The notes: generated by a model not told the origin, from the sequence alone. 64,000 nt of DNA from Planctomycetota bacterium (GCA_050181465.1 JBFXDD010000002.1:117320-181319), one strand, 5' to 3'. Numbered from the stretch's first letter, positions 9,614 through 19,195 are shown. Made by a program: numbers and translations.

Positions 9614-11682
9614 TCGCCGTCCCGTCCGCCCGTGCGACGTTCGCCGCCGCTGCCCTCGTTGCCGCTGCCGCCGCCGCTGCCGTTCTCGGCCCGCGGACGA
9701 CGTGCGCCGCCCTGGCCGCGAGTCCCGCCGGGTCCACCCTGGCCACCGCCGGGGAAGCCGCCCTGCCCGCCCTGCCCACGTCCGCGCATCATCTGCTGCA
9801 TGAACTGTTCGCTCAGCGCCTGAAGCTCGGCGTCGCCTTCGATGGCGGCCCGCACGTCGGCGTTGCGCATCGCACGGAAGCCCTCCGTCTCGAACACTTC
9901 CTTCAACTCGGGGTGCTTCGCGAGAATCGCGGCTTGGAAGCTCTCGCGGGTGATCGGCGGGCCTTCCGTCGCCGCCGGGTCCGTGCCGACGGGCTTCTCA
10001 TCCGGCATCTGCGGCGGCGGTGCGTTCGCGTCGGCGATCACCGGCGCATCGGGGAAGCTCGGCTCAGGAACGCCGATCGGCGGGGCCAGGTAGATCTGTT
10101 GGCCGACGTCCAGACCCTCCAGGATCTCGACTTCCGACGTGGTCGCTCGGCCGATCTTGACGAGTTGCTCCTTCGGACCGGAGTTCGTCGCGAGCCAGAC
10201 GTAGCGATGCTTGTCGACTCGCCGCACCGCGGACACCGGCACCGCGATGGCATCGGGAACGGTACCGACGCGGATCTCGACCGACGCCGACATGTTCGGC
10301 CGCAAGGTCCCGCTCTCGTTGCGATCGTCGAGTTCGATCCAGGTCTTGTAGACCTTGCGGGTGCTGCTCATCCATCGTGACCCCGAGTCGGCGACCGGGG
10401 AAACTCGGCTGACGCGTCCGGTGAACACCTGGTCGGGCAAGGCTTCGAGCTGGATCACTGCGAGTTGCCCGGAGCGCACCTTGTCGATGTCGCTCTCCTG
10501 GATCTTCACCTCGGCGATCATGCGAGTGACGTCCGGCAGGATCATCAGTGTCTGTCGCTCGCGGATCGTGGCGCCTTCCTGGACGACGTCGCGACTGCGA
10601 TCGTCGACCTCGGCGGCGACTACGAGGCCGTCGGTGGGAGCGAGGATGACAGCGTTCGAGATCTGCTGGTCGTAGTTCCTCAGCCGCTCGTCAGCAAGCT
10701 CGTATTCCTTCTCCTTGCTGATCACGTCGGCTTCCTGGCTCGCGCGCTTTGCGGCGTTGGATGCCATCACCTTCTCCACGTCGAGAAGGGCGTTCGCGAG
10801 CTTCAACGAGAGATCAATCTTGGTCTTCAGCAAGGTGTAGGAGACCAGGATGTCCAGCTTCTGCCAGGCGATCATCACCTGGGACATCTGGCTCTGGTAG
10901 TCCAGCCTGTCGCCTTCGAGTTCGTTCTGCGTGATGTACTGATCTTGCGCGAGCGACAGGCTCTTGTCGTAGGTGTCCTTCGCCAGCGCGAGCCGCTGCT
11001 GCGCGATGTTGATCTGGTCGACCTGCTCGAGAATCTGCTGGCCGATCTCGCCCATCTCGTGATCGAGATGCGATTCACCGTCCTCCCCGGCGAGAAGGGC
11101 GACGACCTTCATCGGCAGCTCGGAGTACTGCGGTTTCTCGCGAACGGCGTTGCGCAGTCGCTCGACCAGTTGCGCGTTCGTGATGCGCTCTTCGATCACG
11201 TCGCCGCCCTCGGGACGGCGGCGACCGATCGACTTCTCGACGTCGATCTTGGCGATCTCGAGCTTGCTCTTGGACTCGGCTTCCGCCGACGCCAGCTCCT
11301 TGTCGAGGATGCCGAGGTTCTGGCGCGCCGCCTCGAGGCTCGCCTTGTTGCGCTCCACGGAGATCGCCTGCGTTGCGCGCTTCTCGCGCAGATCGCTGAC
11401 ATCGAGCTCGGCGAGCTTCTGCCCCTTCTTCACGACCTGCCCCTCCTTCTCCATGAAGATCAAGGTGGTCTGGCTCTCGATCTCCGAGCGGATGCGAGTC
11501 TCGTTGGCGGCCTTCAATTCGCCGTTCTCGCGAACGGTGATGAGCATGGGGCCACGTTCGACGAGATGGAGGTCGGGTGCGTTGCTTCCCGCAGCGCTGG
11601 GTGACGAGCCGTCACCACCGCAGGCCGAGAGGATGCCGAGAGTCAGAAGACCGATCGGCGTCGAGAGGTTACGGAGATTCAT
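9610..11682 (-). CDS. periplasmic adaptor (HlyD/MacA/DevB family) lipoprotein with a very long coiled-coil hairpin and a Gly-rich C-terminal tail
   Basis: A lipobox LGILSACGG is present. The N- and C-terminal barrel-sandwich/beta-barrel segments (LITVRENGELKA..., ILAPTDGLVVAAEV, GRVSRVSPVAD) are separated by about 300 residues of heptad-like sequence. The tail reads GRGQGGQGGFPGGGQGGPGGTRGQGG... Confidence 0.85.
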   Translation of the reverse strand: MNLRNLSTPIGLLTLGILSACGGDGSSPSAAGSNAPDLHLVERGPMLITVRENGELKAANETRIRSEIESQTTLIFMEKEGQVVKKGQKLAELDVSDLREKRATQAISVERNKASLEAARQNLGILDKELASAEAESKSKLEIAKIDVEKSIGRRRPEGGDVIEERITNAQLVERLRNAVREKPQYSELPMKVVALLAGEDGESHLDHEMGEIGQQILEQVDQINIAQQRLALAKDTYDKSLSLAQDQYITQNELEGDRLDYQSQMSQVMIAWQKLDILVSYTLLKTKIDLSLKLANALLDVEKVMASNAAKRASQEADVISKEKEYELADERLRNYDQQISNAVILAPTDGLVVAAEVDDRSRDVVQEGATIRERQTLMILPDVTRMIAEVKIQESDIDKVRSGQLAVIQLEALPDQVFTGRVSRVSPVADSGSRWMSSTRKVYKTWIELDDRNESGTLRPNMSASVEIRVGTVPDAIAVPVSAVRRVDKHRYVWLATNSGPKEQLVKIGRATTSEVEILEGLDVGQQIYLAPPIGVPEPSFPDAPVIADANAPPPQMPDEKPVGTDPAATEGPPITRESFQAAILAKHPELKEVFETEGFRAMRNADVRAAIEGDAELQALSEQFMQQMMRGRGQGGQGGFPGGGQGGPGGTRGQGGARRPRAENGSGGGSGNEGSGGERRTGGRDGE

Positions 11683-11704
11683 GATGAGAACGCCTGCGGA
11701 AAGA

Positions 11705-13465
11705 TCACTGACGGGGTCGGTTGTCGGGGACTTCCTGCGCCCCGTCGGGAACAGGCAGGTCGAAGTCGAAGCGCAGACCGCTCTCCTGCACGGCGAGACC
11801 TTCGAGGTCGCGCAGCAGACGCAGCTTGCTGAGGGTGTAGTCGACGGTTGCGGACGTGAGGCTGATGTTCGCGGAGAGCAACGAGTCCTGCGCGTCGAGC
11901 AGGTCGAGCGCGGAGGCGCGGCCGGCGTCGTAGAGTCGGGTCTGGCTGTCCACGCGGCGTTCGGCGACCGTGACGGCCTCCTTTTGGATCGTCCAGTTCT
12001 GCACGCGGGTCTGGATGTCGCGCAGAGCCAGCCGGATCTGCTGCGTGATGTTGTCCTTCAGCTCGTCGCGTGCGCGCATGCGTTCATCGAGCGTGATGAA
12101 GCTGGCGCGGTAGGCGTTGCGCTCGATCAGTCGATCCAACGCCAGGCCGAGGTCGAACCCGGCCGACCACGAGACCTGCGACCAATCGAAGACCAGCGCC
12201 TTGCCCGGTTCGGTGGGCACCGTGATGGCCGCGGAGAAGTCGAGCGTGCTCTCGAGCGCGTTCTCGGCGATGAACAACTGGCGCGCGGCATCCTCCACGC
12301 GATCCAGCGCAGTTCGATAGTCGTAGCGGCGCGACAGCGCCAGTGCGACGGCGCGATCGACATCGAGGTCGATCGGCTTGACCTCGGTGCTGCTCAGGCG
12401 CTGCAGCTCGGCTGGATCGAGTTCGATCGTCGCCTGCATCGGCAGTCCGAGTTGCTCCTTCAGGTTGTCCAGCGAGGTCTGGAGCTGATTCTCTCCGTTG
12501 AGCAGGTTGTTCTGCGCGCTGAGTTCGTTCTGCCGCGCGCGATCGAGGTCGCCGATCTGGCGCCGTCCGGCGGCGAAGAGTCGTTCGATCTGCTCGCGCG
12601 CGCGGCGGACGCTGTCGAGGTTGCGCCGCTGACTCTCCAGGTTCTGGATCTGTTCGAGCAGGGACAGGTAGGTGTTGAAGACGTCGACGGCGAAGGTCGC
12701 GCGAAACCGCTCGAACGAGCGAACGGCGTAGACGACGTCGCGCTCGGCTTGCGTGAGCTGCTCTCGGACGATCCGCGCGCCCGCGCCGCGCAGCAGGGGT
12801 TGCGTGATCGTCAGCCCGAGCAGCGACGATTCGCGAACCCCGTCGCCCCCGCTGAGGAGGTTCTTGAACAGGTTGTTCACGAAGGACGCGACCACCCGGG
12901 TGCCCGAGGGTGACCGCACCGAGGCGCTGAGGTCCTCGCTCAAGGTCCCGACGGCGTCGACGCCGTTGCCGGTGCCGTCGACGCCTGCCGTCGTGCCGCC
13001 GGCCCAGCGCAGTTCGAAGTCGCGCCGTGTGGTCGAGAGGGCGAGTGCAGTGCGGAAGAGGGTCTCCTTCTGCCGCATGAAGTCGCGGCTGTTGCGCGCC
13101 GCGACGTCGAGCGTGGCGGGGATGTCCAAGTGCACCGTCGGTGCCAAGCCCTGGGCGAGGTCACTCTCCATCTGCCGGCGCAGGGGGCCGGCGTGTCCGC
13201 CGATCGATTCCGCCTTCTGTTCGCCCGTCACCTGCTCATGGGCGCGGCCGAGGATCGTGTAGGCGTCGGCATCCGCTTCGCGCAGGTAGTCCACGGGCGT
13301 CGTGCAGCCGACGACGAAGAGCGGGACGAGAAGCGACGCGGGCAACGGGCCACGACGGCCGCTGCAGGGGCGGAAGGCGGGTGAGATCAAGGGCGGGGCA
13401 GGCGAGGGTCGCACACGGCGACCGCTGGAGACGGCGGAAGTTAGCGGCAAACTCGGGCTGGCCAT
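11705..13465 (-). CDS. TolC/NodT-family outer-membrane efflux protein (lipoprotein)
   Basis: A lipobox LFVVGCTT is present. Two OEP-type repeats are visible (LTQAERDVVYAVRSFERFRATF..., ALDRVEDAARQLFIAENALESTLDF...). The gene is the first of the tolC-adaptor-ATPase-permease operon. Confidence 0.8.
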   Translation of the reverse strand: MASPSLPLTSAVSSGRRVRPSPAPPLISPAFRPCSGRRGPLPASLLVPLFVVGCTTPVDYLREADADAYTILGRAHEQVTGEQKAESIGGHAGPLRRQMESDLAQGLAPTVHLDIPATLDVAARNSRDFMRQKETLFRTALALSTTRRDFELRWAGGTTAGVDGTGNGVDAVGTLSEDLSASVRSPSGTRVVASFVNNLFKNLLSGGDGVRESSLLGLTITQPLLRGAGARIVREQLTQAERDVVYAVRSFERFRATFAVDVFNTYLSLLEQIQNLESQRRNLDSVRRAREQIERLFAAGRRQIGDLDRARQNELSAQNNLLNGENQLQTSLDNLKEQLGLPMQATIELDPAELQRLSSTEVKPIDLDVDRAVALALSRRYDYRTALDRVEDAARQLFIAENALESTLDFSAAITVPTEPGKALVFDWSQVSWSAGFDLGLALDRLIERNAYRASFITLDERMRARDELKDNITQQIRLALRDIQTRVQNWTIQKEAVTVAERRVDSQTRLYDAGRASALDLLDAQDSLLSANISLTSATVDYTLSKLRLLRDLEGLAVQESGLRFDFDLPVPDGAQEVPDNRPRQ

Positions 13466-13649
13466 GGCCTCGCGTTGCCGTTTACGATCGTGCTACAGGG
13501 CGCGACCGCCGCGGCGCGTGCTGTGCGTGACGACGATCGTGCCGGGCCAGCGGGCTTTCGCTTGCGGGTCGGGTGCGGATTCCTCGATTGGGACGGCGGT
13601 CCCGTCGAGGGGTGCGATCGATCTCGCCGAGGGGCGGCAAAGCGACAGC

Positions 13650-14318
13650 ATGACCGAGATCCTGGTCACGGCCGGGCCGACGCGTGAACATCTGGACGAC
13701 GTTCGGTTCCTGAGCAACCCGAGCACGGGACGGATGGGCTATGCGATCGCAGCGGTGGCGGCGGCGATGGGGCATCGCGTGCATCTCGTCAGCGGTCCGG
13801 TCGAGCTGCCGACGCCGCCGGGAGTCGAGCGCATCGACGTGATCTCCGCCGAGGACATGCTCGCGGCCAGCGCCGCGGTGTTCCCCGGCTGCTCGATCGC
13901 TTTCTTCGTCGCGGCTGTCGCCGACCACCGCCCGGCACAGCGAGTCGTGGGGAAGCCGGCCAAGAATCTCGGCCGCTACTCGCTGGAATTGGTCCAGAAT
14001 CCGGACATCGCAGCGATCCTCGGCGAACGCAAGGGCGATCGGGTCTGCGTCGGCTTCGCGCTCGAGTCCTTCTCCGACGCGGAATCGCGCTCGGCCGCGA
14101 TCGAACGCGCGCGTCGGAAGATCGTCCGCAAGAACTTCGACGTGTGCGTGCTCAACGGACCGAGCGCGCTCGGCGGTGACCGCAGTGAGGTCATCCTGAT
14201 CGCGGCGGACGGCACGGTGCAGCCGCTCCCGCACGGCGAGAAACGCCAGCACGCGCGCGTGTTGATCGAGCGAGCGCTTTCGATCGCGTCGGCACGCCGA
14301 GGCCACACCGAATCATGA
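13650..14318 (+). CDS. coaB: phosphopantothenate-cysteine ligase domain protein (CoaB-like, stand-alone)
   Basis: From the internal ATG at 13650, MTEILVTAGPTREHLDDVRFLSNPSTGRMGYAIA matches the start of the CoaB half of Dfp/CoaBC. No flavoprotein CoaC half lies upstream. The upstream part of ORF 13302.. overlaps the tolC start region. Confidence 0.75.
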   Translation: MTEILVTAGPTREHLDDVRFLSNPSTGRMGYAIAAVAAAMGHRVHLVSGPVELPTPPGVERIDVISAEDMLAASAAVFPGCSIAFFVAAVADHRPAQRVVGKPAKNLGRYSLELVQNPDIAAILGERKGDRVCVGFALESFSDAESRSAAIERARRKIVRKNFDVCVLNGPSALGGDRSEVILIAADGTVQPLPHGEKRQHARVLIERALSIASARRGHTES

Positions 14319-14331
14319 AGAGGGCGCAACC

Positions 14332-17298
14332 ATGAGCAGAGCAACCAAGAAGTCCGCGGCGAACGATGCGAAGCGTCCCGAGGGGATTCCGATCGATCTC
14401 GGTCCCCGTGGGCGCGAGTTCCTCGGCATCCTGATCGTGGGCGTCGCGCTCTATCTCCTGGTGTCGTTGGCGACGTTCGACCGCTCGCAACTCGATGCCG
14501 AATCGATCCCGCGCGGCGGCATGCGCAACCTCGGGGGCGTCGTCGGCTACCACTTCGCGAACGGGCTCACGTGGTTACTCGGCGCCGGCTCCTGGGCTCT
14601 GTGTGCGGCGGCCATCGTCGGCGGCTTCGCCGTGTTCACCGGGCGTCGCATCGAGCGCGTCGGTCTCAAGCTCACGGGGCTCTTCGTGTTCGTTCTGATG
14701 CTGGCGATCCTGCTGGCCGGACCGCGCGGCGATGCGCTGCCGACGCGACTGTTCCCGCATGGGCCAGGCGGCGCGATCGCTGCCGCGCTGTCACCGCGGC
14801 TCACGCACTCGCTCGGTGGTTCGGGGCGGCTGTTGGTCGTCCTGTTCGGCGCGCTCGTTTCCTTGTTGCTCGCGACGGAGTGGTTGCTGTCGGCCTTGCT
14901 CTTGCGGCTCGGTGAGCGCGTCGAATCGACGGCCCGGCGCGTCGGCTCGATCCGGCCGCGGTTGGCGTGGGCCAACGAGAACTCCGCGCGCGAGGACGAG
15001 GCGGCCGAACCGACCGCGGTCCTCGATGCGCCGCGCGGCCGTGGTCGACGAGCCGGGCTCGCCAAGTCGTCGCAGTCGGGGGAGGCGGCCGCCGACGAGT
15101 CGGTGAGTCGGTCCGGCGACGCGGACGACGAGGCGGCGTCCCTCGCGGAAGCGCCGACCCGGCGTCGCCGCGGTCGCGCGCGGGTCGAGGTCGAGGCCGC
15201 TACCGGCGAGGCGCTGGAACTCGATGCCGAGTCGATCGAGGACGCCGTCGAGAACGCCGATGAGGACGACGCGCCGCTCGCTGCGCCGAACGAGAGGCGC
15301 GGTGCCTCGGCTGCCGAGGCGGCTGCAAAGGACGCGGTGCCCGCGGACGAAGATGCGGTGGACGCGGCGGTTGCACCCGAACCTGCGGTCGTCGAGGCCG
15401 CGAAGTCCGCCGACGCCGCTCTGCGAATCAACCGGCGCCGGGCCTCACGCACGCGCCCCAAACCGCGGCGTCCGCATCCCGAGTTGCCCTTCGACGAGCC
15501 GTGGAACTACCCGCCGCTCGAACTCTTCCGCGAGCCGCCGGAGCCCGAGCAGGACATCGGCGACCACGTGCTCGAGCAGAACAAGGAGGCGATCGAACGC
15601 CGGTTGGCTTCGTTCAAGCTCGATGCTCGCGTGGTCGCGGTGTCCGTCGGTCCCGCGGTCACGCAGTACGAACTCGAGCTCAGCGAAGGCATCAAGCTCT
15701 CGAAGGTGGTGGCCTACGAGCCGGACTTGGCGGCGGCCCTGCGGGCGCTCAACGTTCGCGTGGTCGCGCCGATTCCGGGCAAGGACACCGTCGGGGTCGA
15801 GGTGCCGAACAAGAAGCGGCAGATGGTCTACATGCGCGAACTGCTCAACGACTACGGGCTCGCCGAGGACCGCGCGATTCCGCTGTTCCTGGGCAAGGAC
15901 GTGGCGGGTGCCGCGATCGTCGAAGACCTCGCGCGCATGCCGCACCTCTTGATCGCGGGCACGACCGGATCGGGCAAGTCGGTCTGCATCAACTCGATCC
16001 TGCTCTCGATCCTGATGACGCGCACGCCGCGCCAGGTGCGGCTCGTGCTGATCGACCCGAAGATGGTCGAGTTGCAGGTGTTCCGGCAGGTGCCGCACCT
16101 CGCCTGCGACGTCGTCACCAACATGAAGCGGGCGCCACAGGTGCTCGATTGGGCGGTGCAGGAAATGGAGCGACGCTACACGCTGCTCTCCGAGGTCGGC
16201 ACGAACCACATCAAGTCGTTCAACAAGCTCGGCCGGGAGGAGGTCGAGCGTCGTCTGCAGCGTCCGGCGGAGGCCGCCGACACGCACCTGCCGTACATCG
16301 TGGTCGTCATCGACGAACTCGCCGACCTGATGAACGTCGCGCAGAAGGAGGTCGAGGAGTCGATTCAGCGACTTGCGCAGAAGTCGCGTGCGGTCGGTAT
16401 CCACGTGATCCTCGCGACGCAGCGGCCGAGCACGGACGTGATCACCGGCATCATCAAGGCGAACTTGCCGTGTCAGGTCGCGTTCAAGGTCAACCGCAAG
16501 ATCGACAGCCGCGTCATCCTCGACAGCAACGGTGCCGAGAAGCTGTTGGGGCATGGTGACATGTTGTTCGTGTCGCCGACGGCCGGGCAGATGGTGCGTG
16601 CGCAGGGCGCTTTCGTCAGCGAGGAGGAGACCCACGGGGTGTGCAGTTGGCTGCAACAGAACGGGCCCGATCAGTCCTTCATCCATTCGCTGGTGCAGAC
16701 CGAAACCGCGAAGAAGAAGGGCTTGTCCGAGCGGGACGACCTCTACGACAAAGCAGCCGAGATCATCCTTGGTCAGCAGCGCGGCTCGGCGACCCTCATC
16801 CAGCGCGCGCTGGCGGTCGGTTACACCCGCGCGACTCGCCTGCTCGAGATGATGGAGGAGGACGGCCTGGTCGGTCCCTTCCTCGGTTCGCGATCGCGGG
16901 AAGTCCTGATGACGGTCGAGGAATGGCGAGCCCGAGAAGCCGCCGCGGCCGAGATGGAGGACGAGTTCGACGAGGACTCCGAGGATGGGCTCGACTGGGA
17001 CGACGAGGATGCCTCGGCTGAGGAGGCCGACGAGGCAGACGCCGACGAGGAACTCGACGAGGAACTCGACGAGGACTCCGACTTGGACGCCGAGGATGAC
17101 GCGTCCGACGAGGACGCCGACGAGGACACCGACGAGGACATCGACGAGGAAACCGACGAAGAAACCGACGAGGACACCGAGGAAGAACTGGACGAAGAAG
17201 ACGACGAAGATTCGGCAGACGAAGACGACGAGGACGCAGAAGACGCCGAGGACGAGGATTCGGACGCAGAGGACGCCGACTCCGACGAGCGGGGCTAG
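14332..17298 (+). CDS. ftsK: DNA translocase FtsK/SpoIIIE (4TM N-domain, Ala/Glu-rich linker, motor, gamma wHTH) with a 115-aa poly-acidic C-terminal tail
   Basis: Walker A LIAGTTGSGKSV and Walker B YIVVVIDELADL are present. The gamma domain reads GSATLIQRALAVGYTRATRLLEMMEEDGLVGP. An SD-like GAAGAGGG lies upstream of the ATG. The tail spans 16951-17295. Confidence 0.9.
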   Translation: MSRATKKSAANDAKRPEGIPIDLGPRGREFLGILIVGVALYLLVSLATFDRSQLDAESIPRGGMRNLGGVVGYHFANGLTWLLGAGSWALCAAAIVGGFAVFTGRRIERVGLKLTGLFVFVLMLAILLAGPRGDALPTRLFPHGPGGAIAAALSPRLTHSLGGSGRLLVVLFGALVSLLLATEWLLSALLLRLGERVESTARRVGSIRPRLAWANENSAREDEAAEPTAVLDAPRGRGRRAGLAKSSQSGEAAADESVSRSGDADDEAASLAEAPTRRRRGRARVEVEAATGEALELDAESIEDAVENADEDDAPLAAPNERRGASAAEAAAKDAVPADEDAVDAAVAPEPAVVEAAKSADAALRINRRRASRTRPKPRRPHPELPFDEPWNYPPLELFREPPEPEQDIGDHVLEQNKEAIERRLASFKLDARVVAVSVGPAVTQYELELSEGIKLSKVVAYEPDLAAALRALNVRVVAPIPGKDTVGVEVPNKKRQMVYMRELLNDYGLAEDRAIPLFLGKDVAGAAIVEDLARMPHLLIAGTTGSGKSVCINSILLSILMTRTPRQVRLVLIDPKMVELQVFRQVPHLACDVVTNMKRAPQVLDWAVQEMERRYTLLSEVGTNHIKSFNKLGREEVERRLQRPAEAADTHLPYIVVVIDELADLMNVAQKEVEESIQRLAQKSRAVGIHVILATQRPSTDVITGIIKANLPCQVAFKVNRKIDSRVILDSNGAEKLLGHGDMLFVSPTAGQMVRAQGAFVSEEETHGVCSWLQQNGPDQSFIHSLVQTETAKKKGLSERDDLYDKAAEIILGQQRGSATLIQRALAVGYTRATRLLEMMEEDGLVGPFLGSRSREVLMTVEEWRAREAAAAEMEDEFDEDSEDGLDWDDEDASAEEADEADADEELDEELDEDSDLDAEDDASDEDADEDTDEDIDEETDEETDEDTEEELDEEDDEDSADEDDEDAEDAEDEDSDAEDADSDERG

Positions 17299-17473
17299 TC
17301 CGGGCTAGTCTCGCCCGCCGGCCGCTTTGCACTCCGGTCGCCTCGTGGCGGCTGGATCGTCGCAGCGCGCCCGCCTATCCTCCGCACACTCGCCGGGTGG
17401 GCGCTGGCGGTCCGAAGCGGCCGCGTTCGTGCCGTGTCGTCGTCAGTCCTCCGCGTGGCGAGGGGAGGTTCCC

Positions 17474-19174
17474 ATGACCGACCGACAGTCCACGCCGTCA
17501 TCGCCGCGGCCATCGTGGTTCGAGCCGCGCGTCGCCGTCGCGGGTGCGCTTGCCCTGGCGTCGGCGTTCTTCCTCGCCGCTGCCACGACCCTCCGTTTGC
17601 GCGGGATCGAAGCGGCGGGCTTTCCGGCGAACCTCGTCGGCGCGCTGCAAGACTGGTTCGGCTTCGAGCCGAGCTTCATGGTCGCCGCTCTGACGATGGT
17701 GTGGTGCTCGGTCTGGTTCTTGACCGGACGTTTCGATCGCCCCGTCGCTCGCGTCGTCCGCATCCTCGGGCTGGGGTTCTGCCTCGCAGTGCTGGTCGGC
17801 CTGCGTGGCGAGGGCGGGGGTGGCGAGGTCGGTAGCGCACTCGCGGCGCGCTTGGTCGGCGTCGTACCCGAGAGCGTTGCCGTCTTCGTCGTGGCGCTCG
17901 CAGTGATTGCGTCGCTGTTGCTCGCAACCGACTTCTTCTTCTTCCAAGCGTTTCGTCGCCTCGTCGAGCGCGCTGCGGATGGTGCGGTGCAGCACGGGGA
18001 AGGTGCGGAGCGCAATGAGATCGGCGACCTGTTCGTCGCTCGTTCCGGGACGGTTTCGGAAGGTGGGGAGGCGATCGCGTCCACCGCGCTCCAGGACATC
18101 GACTCGCTGGGCAACGATGGCGTCGAGGCGGCTGCGGTCGCGGAACTGGAGTCCTTGCATCTCCGCGAGGTGGCGCCGCAGCCCGCGATGCGTGAAGAAC
18201 CTGCGGCAGACTCCGATCCCGAATCGGTCGATGTCGACGTGTGGACTGCGGCTGCGGAAGTCGAAGCAGTCGAGGCGCGGCGTGCGGAACGACAGTCGCG
18301 TCGCGAGGCTCGCCGTGCGCGGCGCGCGACTCCCGTCGAGCTCGCGGCGCAGGACCTGAATGATGCCGATGCCGAGGTCATCGTCCCCGAGGACGAGCCG
18401 ATCATCGCCGAGGCTGACCTCGTCGTAGCGACCGACGTGGTCGCCGTCACGCCCGCGACTCTCGAACCCGCCGAACCCGCGACCGAGTTCCCGTCGGTCG
18501 AAGTTGCTGCCGAGGATGAGACGGTCGGCGCCACCGGCACAGCGGACGCGGACGACCTCGAAGCGCGGCCGTTCGATTCGCCGGAGGATCGCGACGACGA
18601 CGAGACCGACTTCGACTACGTGCTGCCTGCAGTTGCTGCCGCGGCGGTCGAGGTTCCCAGGCTTCGCCTCGAGCGACTCAGTGAGGAGATCGAAGAGAGC
18701 GAAGAGATCGGCGAACTCGAAGCGAGTGAAGAGTCGGTCGCGGAACTGGTCGAGGAGTCCGCCGAGCGGGGCGAGCGCGACGAGCAGGACGAGCCGGTGG
18801 ACTCCGAGTTGCAAGACCTCGCGATCTCGGCGGGTGAGGAGCACGCCACGACCGCGGCCGACCATGGGGCAGCCGCGGCGGCAATCGAGCCGACGACTCC
18901 TGAGCACGTCGTCGCCATTCCATCGATCGCTCCTCGCCAGGGCGCCCTGTTCGGGAGTGCTGCGAGCGACGAGGACTTGCTTCGCGAAGCAGAGGGGTTG
19001 GTGTTGACCCACCGCCGCGCGAGCGTCCCGTTCCTCAAGCGTCGGTTGCGGATCGGCGAGGACGAGGCCCGGGAAGTCCTGGAAGTTCTCGCTCGCCGCG
19101 GGGTCGTCGAACTGGAAGCCGGCGGCGAGCAGGCCCGCGTCCTCTCCGATGTGCGCGAGGATCCAGAGGCCTGA
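17474..19174 (+). CDS. FtsK-like protein lacking the motor: FtsK-type 4TM N-domain + long acidic linker + FtsK-gamma-like winged helix
   Basis: GGAGG lies 5-6 nt upstream of the ATG at 17474. Four hydrophobic helices occupy the first roughly 200 aa. The C-terminus LVLTHRRASVPFLKRRLRIGEDEAREVLEVLARRGVVE parallels the FtsK gamma domain. No GxxxxGK[ST] motif occurs anywhere. Confidence 0.65.
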   Translation: MTDRQSTPSSPRPSWFEPRVAVAGALALASAFFLAAATTLRLRGIEAAGFPANLVGALQDWFGFEPSFMVAALTMVWCSVWFLTGRFDRPVARVVRILGLGFCLAVLVGLRGEGGGGEVGSALAARLVGVVPESVAVFVVALAVIASLLLATDFFFFQAFRRLVERAADGAVQHGEGAERNEIGDLFVARSGTVSEGGEAIASTALQDIDSLGNDGVEAAAVAELESLHLREVAPQPAMREEPAADSDPESVDVDVWTAAAEVEAVEARRAERQSRREARRARRATPVELAAQDLNDADAEVIVPEDEPIIAEADLVVATDVVAVTPATLEPAEPATEFPSVEVAAEDETVGATGTADADDLEARPFDSPEDRDDDETDFDYVLPAVAAAAVEVPRLRLERLSEEIEESEEIGELEASEESVAELVEESAERGERDEQDEPVDSELQDLAISAGEEHATTAADHGAAAAAIEPTTPEHVVAIPSIAPRQGALFGSAASDEDLLREAEGLVLTHRRASVPFLKRRLRIGEDEAREVLEVLARRGVVELEAGGEQARVLSDVREDPEA

Positions 19175-19195
19175 TCGCGAGCGTCCCACGACGAG

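Noticed and set aside
16951-17295. A GAC/GAG/GAA-rich repetitive DNA tract that might be a tandem repeat or CRISPR-like array.
   Set aside because: It is in frame within ftsK and encodes the acidic tail. There is no regular repeat-spacer periodicity.
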